A stretch of DNA of 32,489 nucleotides from Chryseobacterium gleum (GCA_945878835.1 CAMCUG010000001.1:1-32489), one strand, 5' to 3'. Counted from the first letter of the stretch, positions 1 through 8,139 are shown. The notes: generated by a model not told the origin, from the letters alone. Made by a program: numbers and translations.

Positions 1-2
1 TA

Positions 3-602
3 GAAATTCACGGTACAGCAGATGCAACGGTTCCGTATAATGGAAATCTTTTTATGGAAGCTATTCCAAATGTATTATCCTACTGGGTAAATTTCAATAA
101 TTGTAATACAACTCCAGTAGTCACTGATGTTCCAAATACGAATCTAACAGACGGATGCACTGCCGTTCATTACGTTTATTCCGGAGGAACCAATGGTGTT
201 GATGTTGAACATTATAAAATAATTGATGGCGGTCATACATGGCCAGGTTCAATATTTACAGTCGGTGTTACAAACTACGACTTCAATGCCTCAAAAAAGA
301 TATGGGAGTTCTTTATGCAATACGACATTAACGGAAGAATACAAGCCAATTCAGTTGCAGATTTGAATGCTGAAGATATTTCGATTTACCCCAATCCAAC
401 ATCCGATAAAATAGCGATTCAGGGATTTTCTCAAAAGCTAACGGCCGCAAACTGCAGTCTGTTTTCTGTGGAAGGAAAACAGTTCAACATTGATGTGCTT
501 GAGAACAACACACTTGATACAAGCAATCTGGAAAGCGGAGTGTACTTCGTTCGCATTTCAACGAAAGAGGGTTCTGCAACAGTTCAGTTTGTGAAAGTGT
601 AA
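3..602 (+). CDS. Secreted esterase (PHB-depolymerase/LpqC-like alpha/beta hydrolase), 5'-truncated by the window edge, with a T9SS type A C-terminal sorting domain
   Basis: Frame 3 is open from nt 3 (EIHGTADATVPYNGNLF precedes the listed Met at 54). HGTADxxVPY and IDGGHTWPG are typical Asp/His loops of this esterase family. The C-terminus ISIYPNP...GVYFVRIS...VQFVKV looks like a Por/T9SS type A tail. Confidence 0.8.
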   Translation, partial: EIHGTADATVPYNGNLFMEAIPNVLSYWVNFNNCNTTPVVTDVPNTNLTDGCTAVHYVYSGGTNGVDVEHYKIIDGGHTWPGSIFTVGVTNYDFNASKKIWEFFMQYDINGRIQANSVADLNAEDISIYPNPTSDKIAIQGFSQKLTAANCSLFSVEGKQFNIDVLENNTLDTSNLESGVYFVRISTKEGSATVQFVKV

Positions 603-643
603 TTCCTCATTCTTCGGGTCGTTAAACGTGCACCAATTGAATT

Positions 644-1351
644 TCATTCAGGCATTAATTCACTTGCGTTTTTCCCTTCCCAAATACCAACAAATTTGTA
701 GGGTACAAATCGCGCGAACATTTCTTCCTTGTACCAATTAAGCTTTCGCGTGAGGGTAACTACCTCGCGGTGTTTCGGATTTTTGTAGGCATAATCCATC
801 ATCTCTTTTTGGGTTTTCCAAATGCTAAGGGTTGCCTGTTGAATCAACGGCCACTCGCCAACACCAATGGATAAAACAAGGCCGTCATAACCGTCCAAGC
901 TTTGACTTACAGATCCCACGCGACTCCAAAAAGACCAAAGTTTTCTAAATCGAATTCTCGCTCTTGTTAAGACAATAATGGGCTTGTCCATTGCCAATTC
1001 AGCATTTTTTTGGAACGGTGTTCTGCCATCCCAAGTGCCGTGCACTTCAGCAGAATGCATGTAAACGGTCATGAACTCGCAACTTCGTTCTTGATATTCC
1101 TTAAAGAAGTTATTTTCAGAAAAAAAAGTTTTCGCTTGAATCTCAGACTCCCAAACACAAAGAAGGATATATGTTCCAAAATTAGGGATAGCGCTAAATC
1201 CATTTTTCGCACCTGAACCTAATATTTTGTAAAAGGCTAGTCCATCTATATTCTTTAGTTGATCATGCCCCAGTTGCATTTGCTTAAACGCCCACCATTT
1301 GTTTGCAGAAGTTTCTACTTTGAAAAAGATGCTTGTCGTTACTTGGCTCAT
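644..1351 (-). CDS. CrtA-like protein (spheroidene monooxygenase / carotenoid 2-hydroxylase family), function tentative
   Basis: 235-aa ORF with an ATG start. The N-terminal pattern SIFFKV..WWAFKQMQLG...FYKILGSGAKNGFSAIPNFGTYILLCVWES resembles the CrtA family signature (LSLFRF..WAF.QM...F.KL.GSG..GF...PN...Y..L..W) as I recall it. No search was run. Confidence 0.6.
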   Translation of the reverse strand: MSQVTTSIFFKVETSANKWWAFKQMQLGHDQLKNIDGLAFYKILGSGAKNGFSAIPNFGTYILLCVWESEIQAKTFFSENNFFKEYQERSCEFMTVYMHSAEVHGTWDGRTPFQKNAELAMDKPIIVLTRARIRFRKLWSFWSRVGSVSQSLDGYDGLVLSIGVGEWPLIQQATLSIWKTQKEMMDYAYKNPKHREVVTLTRKLNWYKEEMFARFVPYKFVGIWEGKNASELMPE

Positions 1352-1436
1352 GTTATTCTAAAGTAGTTTGAAATACAACCTCTCTCAATGAAAAATGTTC
1401 AAAGCTTCAAGGCCGCTCGCTATTCAAACCGTAATT

Positions 1437-1454
1437 GGTGATAGAACTTTTGCT
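1437..1454. repeat. Left copy of an imperfect direct repeat flanking the RhuM-Doc gene (GGTGATAGAACTTTTGCT)
   Basis: Aligns with 2613-2632 (GGTGTGATCGAACTTTTACT): 16 of 18 aligned positions match, with one 2-nt indel and an exact GAACTTTT core. Confidence 0.3.
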
Positions 1455-1455
1455 G

Positions 1456-2427
1456 CTATACATTTCTGTTCAGAACACTAATCAACAATTTCCGGACAGT
1501 CTCCATTTCTTCGGCTTTGCTCGAGGCCACAAATAGAGTTAGACTTGCAAGTGCTTCGTTGCTGATAATGGTTTGTCCGGTCGAATTATATAGCAATCCA
1601 TTTCTCTCTAGAAACAAAAGAAAGCATGCAGCTGCTATACGTTTATTCCCATCTACAAAGGCGTGATTTTTCACAACGAGATATAACAACATAGAAGCTT
1701 TTTCTTCCAAAGTAGGGTAGACGTCCTGTTCTCCAAATCCTTGCTTAATCGTATTTACAGCACTATCGAAACCACCATCTTTTTCTTTGCCGAAAACATC
1801 TGAATTAAATTCTGCACGCATGAGTTCAACCAACTCCATGTATTCCGCCTGCGCTGGGTAGTTTGCAGTTTTTGTATGAATCCCCTTGGCATCTAAAGCT
1901 TCATGGTCATAATCATCTAAGAGTTGTAATCCAATACTAAACTGATTCAACCAGCCGAAGTCTTCTGCGATAGCTTTTTCTTCAATAGCTCTGCTCAGAA
2001 TGCGGATTCCGTCGTGAAGCACTTGTATTTCCTTGTTCTTTTGCTCCAATCGTTTCTCATTAATTGCAACTCCTTCGATTAAATAATCTTTCAATCGTTT
2101 AGTAGCCCATTGACGGAATTGGGTTCCTCTTTTTGAGTTAACACGGTATCCAACAGACAGTATTGCATCCAGGTTGTAATAATCGATTTCTCTTTTTACT
2201 TCACGTTTTGCTTCAATTTGAACTGTTGCATTTTTTGCAACAGTTGAATTTCTGTCAAGCTCACCCTCATTGTAAATATTGTTCAAGTGTCTTGAAATCA
2301 CGGATTTATCTTTCTCAAATAAACTTGAAATCTGATTCAAATTGAGCCAAAATGTTTCTCCCACAAAATGAACTTCGAGCTGAGTTAATCCGTCGGCGGA
2401 TGCGTAAATTTCTATCTTATTCTCCAT
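1456..2427 (-). CDS. RhuM family N-terminal domain fused to a Fic/Doc (death-on-curing type) domain
   Basis: The N-terminal half (ETFWLNLNQISSLFEKDKSVISRHLNNIY..YYNLDAILSVGYRVNSKRGTQFRQWATKRLKDYLIEG) matches the RhuM signature. The C-terminal HAFVDGNKRIAAA is the Doc variant HxFx(D/N)(A/G)NKR of the Fic motif. The ATG at 2427 (MENKIEIY) is preferred over the GTG at 2505 listed in the ORF track. Confidence 0.9.
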   Translation of the reverse strand: MENKIEIYASADGLTQLEVHFVGETFWLNLNQISSLFEKDKSVISRHLNNIYNEGELDRNSTVAKNATVQIEAKREVKREIDYYNLDAILSVGYRVNSKRGTQFRQWATKRLKDYLIEGVAINEKRLEQKNKEIQVLHDGIRILSRAIEEKAIAEDFGWLNQFSIGLQLLDDYDHEALDAKGIHTKTANYPAQAEYMELVELMRAEFNSDVFGKEKDGGFDSAVNTIKQGFGEQDVYPTLEEKASMLLYLVVKNHAFVDGNKRIAAACFLLFLERNGLLYNSTGQTIISNEALASLTLFVASSKAEEMETVRKLLISVLNRNV

Positions 2428-2612
2428 AATATTGATTCCTTTAAAGTGATTTTCTAATTGTGTGAATAGCTTGATCAAGCCATTCAAAAATACCAATCTT
2501 AACACACAATTCCGAATTAAGATTTCAACAGAATTGGTATTGATTATCAGTGTTTAAGCTTGCAGTCGAGGAGCTGTGATTGCTCTTAAGTGAGCATGAA
2601 TCATTTTGAAAA

Positions 2613-2632
2613 GGTGTGATCGAACTTTTACT
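2613..2632. repeat. Right copy of the imperfect direct repeat flanking the RhuM-Doc gene
   Basis: See 1437-1454. This copy lies 36 nt upstream of the photolyase start. Confidence 0.3.
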
Positions 2633-2667
2633 TTCAATACTTGTTCATTTATAAAAATTAAACATCT

Positions 2668-4140
2668 GTGCGAGCGATAAATGTAGTTTGGTTGAAGCGC
2701 GATTTGAGGTTCGTAGATCACGAGCCGCTCTTTCATGCGCAATGTGCCGAATTGCCATTTGTTCTGCTTTACATCTTCGAACCTTCAGTCATGAATCATC
2801 ACGATTCAGATGTGCGTCATTGGCGATTCGTTCACGAGTCGTTGTTGGATCTGAATAAGCAGCTGACTCCCTTCAACAAACACATTGAAATCTTTCACGA
2901 TGAAGCCATGAATGTGTTCGAAGAACTGACTTTGAACTTCAACATACAAACTGTTTTTTCTTCGCAAGAATCGGGAACCCGTTTGACATACGAGCGCGAC
3001 ATTCTAATGGCTGAATTCCTTCAATCCAAAAATATTCAATGGAACGAATTTCAAACCAACGGCGTTGTTCGAAGACTGAAGTCTCGTCCGCAATGGCCGA
3101 AGATGTGGGAAGAAACCATGCGAGCGCCTTCCTTCAACATTCAGTTAGATACACTTCAAGTTTTTAATTTCAATCAGGAAATTAATTTTCATTCAAATCG
3201 AAATTCCCTTCCAACAGAAATTACAGAACGCAATCCAAATTTTCAACCCGGCGGAGAATCGTGGGCTTGGAAATACCTCAAGAATTTCATTGCTGAGCGA
3301 AGCGTGAATTACAGCAAACACATCAGCAGTCCTTCGCTCAGTCGGAAAGGCTGCAGTCGTCTTTCGCCCTACTTGGCCTATGGCAACATAAGCATGCGAA
3401 CGGTTTATCAATTCACCGTTCAACATTATCAGACATCTACGAACAAACGTGCGCTTTCGAATTTCATTTCGCGTTTGCATTGGCATTGCCACTTCATTCA
3501 AAAATTTGAAACGGAGTGTCGATATGAAATAGAGAACATCAATCGAGCCTACAACGTCTTGGTTAAGCCGAAGAACGAAGTGTACATAAAAGCATGGCAG
3601 GAGGGAATGACGGGCGTTCCACTAGTAGATGCGTGTATGCGTTGTTTGAAGGAAACGGGATACATCAACTTCCGGATGCGAGCGATGGTGGTGTCGTTTT
3701 TCGTTTTCAACTTGTGGCAAGACTGGCGTGAGCTTCATTTTTTAGCGCGCATGTTTCTCGATTACGAACCAGGTATTCACTATCCGCAAATTCAAATGCA
3801 AAGCGGAACAACAGGAATCAACACCATTCGCATTTACAATCCGATCATGAACTCAGAGAAGCACGATGCCAACGGTGACTTCATTAAGCAATGGATTCCT
3901 GAATTACGAAACATTCCAGAAGCCTTTATTCACGAGCCGCACAAACTTTCGGTCATTGAGCAAGAAATGTATGGTTGTGTCATTGGAAAAGACTATCCTG
4001 CACCCATTGTCGATGTGGAAGAAACTCGGAAGCACGCGAGTGAAATCGTGTGGAGTTTCAGAAAGAAAGATGAAGTGAAGGTGGAAGGAAAGCGTATTTT
4101 GAAGACGCATGTGAGTCGGAGGAATGCGAAAAGCAAATAA
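2668..4140 (+). CDS. Cryptochrome/photolyase family flavoprotein (subfamily not assigned)
   Basis: 490 aa. It has an N-terminal [16 protein letters not shown] photolyase alpha/beta domain start, and FAD-domain motifs [42 protein letters not shown] and [23 protein letters not shown]. The start codon is GTG; no in-frame ATG is nearby. Confidence 0.9.
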   Translation: MRAINVVWLKRDLRFVDHEPLFHAQCAELPFVLLYIFEPSVMNHHDSDVRHWRFVHESLLDLNKQLTPFNKHIEIFHDEAMNVFEELTLNFNIQTVFSSQESGTRLTYERDILMAEFLQSKNIQWNEFQTNGVVRRLKSRPQWPKMWEETMRAPSFNIQLDTLQVFNFNQEINFHSNRNSLPTEITERNPNFQPGGESWAWKYLKNFIAERSVNYSKHISSPSLSRKGCSRLSPYLAYGNISMRTVYQFTVQHYQTSTNKRALSNFISRLHWHCHFIQKFETECRYEIENINRAYNVLVKPKNEVYIKAWQEGMTGVPLVDACMRCLKETGYINFRMRAMVVSFFVFNLWQDWRELHFLARMFLDYEPGIHYPQIQMQSGTTGINTIRIYNPIMNSEKHDANGDFIKQWIPELRNIPEAFIHEPHKLSVIEQEMYGCVIGKDYPAPIVDVEETRKHASEIVWSFRKKDEVKVEGKRILKTHVSRRNAKSK

Positions 4141-4262
4141 TTGAAAAGCTTCATTCTATTTTATCGTTCAGATTTTGAACAATTAAATACCTCTTTTCTT
4201 TTATAATGCTAATGAGCGCGAACAGTGTTTCCGCGATTGATTCCTATCAATCACATGAAAGC

Positions 4263-4367
4263 TTAGTCGTACTTCGGCTTCTTGTCGCGCTTTTCAGCTT
4301 TCTTTTCTTTAGCTGTTTTGGTAGGAACTTTTTTCTCTTCCTTTTTAACGTCTTTTCCTTTTCCCAT
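4263..4367 (-). CDS. Possible small Lys-rich protein (34 aa, MGKGKDVKKEEKKVPTKTAKEKKAEKRDKKPKYD)
   Basis: ATG at 4367-4365 and TAA at 4265-4263; too short for the ORF track. A TAAATTTG -7 box lies 27 nt upstream. Low-complexity composition means it could be spurious, and an antisense 58-aa ORF also exists. Confidence 0.4.
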   Translation of the reverse strand: MGKGKDVKKEEKKVPTKTAKEKKAEKRDKKPKYD

Positions 4368-4394
4368 GATGTGTGTTATTAATGGTTAATGTTT

Positions 4395-4422
4395 CAAATT
4401 TAAGGTGAAATTTTTACTTCAA
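4395..4422 (-). promoter_or_regulatory. Candidate Bacteroidota sigma-A promoter (TTG-N17-TAAATTTG) for the small Lys-rich ORF
   Basis: On the minus strand, TTG is at 4422-4420 and TAAATTTG at 4402-4395, matching the TAnnTTTG -7 consensus. Confidence 0.35.
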
Positions 4423-4836
4423 CTCAAAATCTTTAAAATCGAATCCAGGACTGACTTGACAACCCACTAGACAAAACTCTGAATGCTCCGCCAATCGGGC
4501 GCCAAACCAAATGCCTGCGGGCACAACGTGCTGTAGCACATCGCCATTCAAAAGGTCTTTCCCAAGTCTTGTTATTTTTTCATTTCCATTCGAATCGAGT
4601 TCAATAATTTCCAATGTTTGCCCGTCATGAAAATACCAAATCTCGTCGCTCTTAATGCGATGAAGTGCAGAGGTCTGTCCTTTTTCAAGAAGAAAATAAA
4701 TACTGGTGCAGATAGAGCGCTCTCCATCAAATCCAGTGAATTGAAAAGATTCCGCGCTTCGGAAGTTTTCTTTGTAATAACCACCCTCAGGATGCGGGAG
4801 CATTTGAAGCTGTTCTATGTAATGTTTAGAAGTCAT
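4414..4836 (-). CDS. Cupin-fold protein, DUF985 family
   Basis: 140 aa. IEQLQMLPHPEGGYYKENFRS...IYFLL......LHRIKSDEIWYFHDG is the typical DUF985/YML079w-like cupin pattern. Confidence 0.85.
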   Translation of the reverse strand: MTSKHYIEQLQMLPHPEGGYYKENFRSAESFQFTGFDGERSICTSIYFLLEKGQTSALHRIKSDEIWYFHDGQTLEIIELDSNGNEKITRLGKDLLNGDVLQHVVPAGIWFGARLAEHSEFCLVGCQVSPGFDFKDFELK

Positions 4837-4854
4837 ACTGGTAGTAGTCTAGGT

Positions 4855-4907
4855 CAAATATATTGCTCAAATTTATTGCAAGTCAAAATGAGAATGGCTT
4901 AAATTTG
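4855..4907. promoter_or_regulatory. Divergent promoter region with three TAnnTTTG -7 boxes
   Basis: On the minus strand, TATATTTG (4862-4855) and TAAATTTG (4875-4868) face the cupin gene. On the plus strand, TTG (4876-4878)-N21-TAAATTTG (4900-4907) ends 7 nt before the ATG at 4915. Confidence 0.45.
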
Positions 4908-4914
4908 CTTCATA

Positions 4915-6615
4915 ATGAAAAAGTCTGTAAAATTAGGATTTATAATCGGTGGGACCTCTCTCGTTCTTGGTCTGGCCGCATTGTTCTGGTATCTGGGAAT
5001 GTCGAACAACAACCGTCTCATTTCAAAAATCCCAAAGGATGCTGCAATGGTTTTCAAAGCCGATTTGAAAAGTCTAGCCGATAAGGCAGAGTTTAAGCAA
5101 TGGAAAGATTTAGCCATGTTTGATAAACTAGATGGCGATGAAGGTGTGTTCAAAGACATTTTAGATAACCCGAAAAAAAGTGGTGTGAACTTTTTGCAAA
5201 ATGCATACGGATTCATGGGTAAAGGAGATGAAATGTTCGGTGGAATTGTTTTCGGAATTAAAGACGCGAAAGATTTTGAAGAAACAGTAAAGAGCATCGA
5301 TAGCGATATTGAAGTCGAAAAGACCGACGGCATTTACACTGCTGAAGTCGACAAGAACGATGTTGCTTTAGTTTGGGACAAGAATGTGGCTCTTCTCTAT
5401 TTCAGAGGCGATGACGACATTATAGAAAAAGCGAAGCAAGCCTTTACTCAAGATGAGGACATGAGCATGCTTGAAATGGATAATTACATGGAGTTTGAAT
5501 CTCTGGATGCCGATTTAGGCATGTACATGAACATGAAGGGGTTTCAGGAGTTAGCCAGTGAAATGGGCGGAGGAATTAAGAATCAATTCAAGTCTATGGA
5601 AAAAGCAGAGAGTATCGGCATGACCATGCTTTTTGAAGATGAGCAAATGCTTGTAGACGCTACTTATTATCCGGTTGAAGGTGCTACTCCGGAAGAGATT
5701 TCAATGATGAAAGAAGAAGGTATTTCGGCTGATTTAATGAAATTAATTTCTCCGACAACGCCGAAGGGATATTACGCCGCTAACATGGATTTTGATAAAA
5801 TTCTAGGCCTTTATCCGCAAATAAACGAAGAGATGATGAAGGACGGGTTTTCAATTGATGAATTCAAAAATGGATTGAATGGAGAAATGACTTTGTCATT
5901 AATCGATGTGAAGAATGTTCAGAAAATTCGCGAAGTGGCAGATTACGACAATTGGGAACCTTACGGATTTTATGATACTCCGGTTCCGATGAAAATGGAC
6001 ACGACTTACGAGCTTTCACCAATTTATAAAATCAACTTAGGACTGAAGGACAAAGGAATTATTGAAAATCTCATTGCGAGATTCGTTGCGAAGATGAATG
6101 AGCCAGTTGTGACCGAAGAAATGGTTGATATGGAAAATTTAATGAAGTCGAGCTTTGACTCCTACATGACACCATATGACAACTTAGTGGAAGAAATCGA
6201 AGAACCGAAAATAAAGCGTTACCAATACAATGGACTTGAAGTGATGGAAGCAGAAGATGTTAAGCTGTTTTACAAATTCGAGGGTAATTATCTTTCTATT
6301 TCGAATGATGAATCGGCTTTCGCATCACAAGGTTTCTCTTGGGACGATGAGCTCGAAGAAATGTTAACAGAGAGCCCTGGTTCAGGATACATGGACTTGA
6401 ACTATAAGAATTATCCCGATATTGAAAGGGAAAATGCAAGAGATGTACAAGAGGCAAAAAGCTTCTTAGAGATGCTAGACAACATGAAATTTTCATCGGA
6501 TGGAATGACGGTTCATTTCGAAATGAATTTCACCGACAGCCCCGATCACATTCTATGGCGCATGATGAAAACCATGGACGCCCAAGGTTCAAATAACGGA
6601 AGAGACTACAATTAA
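4915..6615 (+). CDS. Membrane-anchored, acidic, Met-rich protein of unknown function (possibly DUF4836 family)
   Basis: 566 aa. It has an N-terminal TM/signal anchor (LGFIIGGTSLVLGLAALFWYL). The remainder is D/E-rich with about 40 Met by hand count. The family assignment is from memory only. Confidence 0.8.
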   Translation: MKKSVKLGFIIGGTSLVLGLAALFWYLGMSNNNRLISKIPKDAAMVFKADLKSLADKAEFKQWKDLAMFDKLDGDEGVFKDILDNPKKSGVNFLQNAYGFMGKGDEMFGGIVFGIKDAKDFEETVKSIDSDIEVEKTDGIYTAEVDKNDVALVWDKNVALLYFRGDDDIIEKAKQAFTQDEDMSMLEMDNYMEFESLDADLGMYMNMKGFQELASEMGGGIKNQFKSMEKAESIGMTMLFEDEQMLVDATYYPVEGATPEEISMMKEEGISADLMKLISPTTPKGYYAANMDFDKILGLYPQINEEMMKDGFSIDEFKNGLNGEMTLSLIDVKNVQKIREVADYDNWEPYGFYDTPVPMKMDTTYELSPIYKINLGLKDKGIIENLIARFVAKMNEPVVTEEMVDMENLMKSSFDSYMTPYDNLVEEIEEPKIKRYQYNGLEVMEAEDVKLFYKFEGNYLSISNDESAFASQGFSWDDELEEMLTESPGSGYMDLNYKNYPDIERENARDVQEAKSFLEMLDNMKFSSDGMTVHFEMNFTDSPDHILWRMMKTMDAQGSNNGRDYN

Positions 6616-8090
6616 TTCGTAGTGTAATTCAAGACATCTATTTGTAAATTCCCATTAAGAGCTACAGTAATTTGGAGCTCTTTTTGTGTAGGGTAGAATC
6701 CTGTAATCTGAAGATTATTCACTAAGCCTTTCAAATTAACTCCAGGCATTAATTCACTGTTCAATTGTTTTTCAATTTCTGTTTTTGCGGATTGAAGAAT
6801 AGGAGTAAGGTCAATGTTACAGGCATTTTGAATAGTCTGCGTTAGTTTGGTTTGAAAAACATCTACCCCCGCATTCATTAGGAGGTGTCGCGATTTGCTG
6901 TCAATGTCAATCGAACTCACACTCATTTTATTTGTTGAAGGGTCTATGCTCGGAGTGAGTGCGAGGAAGAATTTGCAATTTTTATATTTCTTGAATCCCA
7001 CCTTCATGTCGCACAAGACTTCCACCTGAATTTTCTGATTTCCCAATCCCGAAAGCGTAAGGTTTTTTACGGTAATGCTTTTCTTTTTGTCATCACTTGC
7101 GAAGGTGCTACCAGCCGCCATTCCATTCACTTTAATTGAAAGACTTTCATAGCTAGACTTAATAGGCATCTCAATAACAAATCCTGAGGTTAAGTCGTTC
7201 TGAACATTCAGCGGAGGAAGCGGCGGAACAACGGCGTTTTCATTTTTGTCCAAACTCATGACCGGGGTGGCATCAATGCCCAAGTTCACCTGAAGAATAT
7301 TTCCATATCCATACATGGGGCCCAACTTGAAATTAGAAGCATTGAAGGTTAGATACCCGTATCCAGGAATTTCCATTTGACCGTTCAACTGCTTCCAAGC
7401 TTCGTTCGCGTAGTTTTTGAAATCAACCTGCAAGCACTGCTGATCAATGTATTTGCACACATCTAACAGGGCTGGCTGCATCGCCTTCATGATTTCGCCA
7501 GTCATGTCTAACTTCAGAAAGGTGAGCTCACACGGATCCATTGGATTTAATTTCGATAAAGAAGTGGAGGTAATGAGTTGGTAGTTCTCATTCATGGAAA
7601 GGCTTGTTGAAAATTCAATTTCAACGCGACGTTTGGTTTCCTTTCCGCTTCCACAAGAAAAAGGAATACGCGGATGCACACATGTTCCCCAGACGCAGTT
7701 GGTACAATAGTTTCCTTCAATGCCATACCACGCCTTCGTTCCAACGACGAATTTATTTCCAACAACATATCCGTTTAAGTTTTCGCGGAAGACATCGTAC
7801 TTCGCTTGCGGACCATCGCATGCTCCGAAAGAAGCGAAATTCGGCCATTCCGGATTTCGAATAATAGGTGAAGAAGATTCATTAGCGAATTTTAAGATGG
7901 GGTCAATGGAAATGTTTACCGGAATATTGATGTGCGAAACGCCTTGAGGCGGCCCAACTGGAATTTCTACATTGGCCATTTCTGGATTTGGTGCGGTTAT
8001 TTTACACGATACCGCCGACATTACAACGAAAGCCAAAAGGAATGTGTGAAATGAAGTTGTTTTGGAAATCATAGGTTGAAGAAATTTCAT
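6612..8090 (-). CDS. Lipoprotein of unknown function (possibly DUF4403 family) with a CxxCx4Cx9C cluster
   Basis: 492 aa. The signal peptide has a lipobox-like VMSAVSC. The Cys cluster YCTNCVWGTCVHPRIPFSCGSG is encoded at about 7652-7706. An alternative start is the ATG at 8072. Confidence 0.8.
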   Translation of the reverse strand: MKFLQPMISKTTSFHTFLLAFVVMSAVSCKITAPNPEMANVEIPVGPPQGVSHINIPVNISIDPILKFANESSSPIIRNPEWPNFASFGACDGPQAKYDVFRENLNGYVVGNKFVVGTKAWYGIEGNYCTNCVWGTCVHPRIPFSCGSGKETKRRVEIEFSTSLSMNENYQLITSTSLSKLNPMDPCELTFLKLDMTGEIMKAMQPALLDVCKYIDQQCLQVDFKNYANEAWKQLNGQMEIPGYGYLTFNASNFKLGPMYGYGNILQVNLGIDATPVMSLDKNENAVVPPLPPLNVQNDLTSGFVIEMPIKSSYESLSIKVNGMAAGSTFASDDKKKSITVKNLTLSGLGNQKIQVEVLCDMKVGFKKYKNCKFFLALTPSIDPSTNKMSVSSIDIDSKSRHLLMNAGVDVFQTKLTQTIQNACNIDLTPILQSAKTEIEKQLNSELMPGVNLKGLVNNLQITGFYPTQKELQITVALNGNLQIDVLNYTTN

Positions 8091-8139
8091 TGCGAAATTA
8101 CAAGTGATTGTGTCTTATTTTCGTTTCAAATTATTAACT

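Noticed and set aside
2489-2541. Nested inverted repeats (AATACCAAT...ATTGGTATT enclosing ATCTTAA...TTAAGAT) between the RhuM-Doc and photolyase genes, considered as an operator or mobile-element end
   Set aside because: The arms are short and AT-rich with long, unequal spacers, and no second copy was found elsewhere in the window. They cannot be distinguished from chance by eye.
2554-2742. 62-aa minus-strand ORF upstream of the RhuM-Doc gene, considered as a possible antitoxin
   Set aside because: It starts inside and antisense to the photolyase coding region and ends over 120 nt from the ATG at 2427. It shows no Phd/AbrB or HTH-like features.
4236-4254. Hairpin GATTGAT-TCCT-ATCAATC between the photolyase gene and the micro-ORF
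   Set aside because: No U tract follows it on either strand. It may be a weak bidirectional pause site but is not supportable as a terminator.
4206-4382. 58-aa plus-strand Phe/Leu-rich ORF that could be a small membrane protein
   Set aside because: It is the mirror image of the Lys-rich minus-strand ORF (AAA/AAG read as TTT/CTT) and has no promoter motif upstream. The minus-strand reading is preferred but neither is proven.
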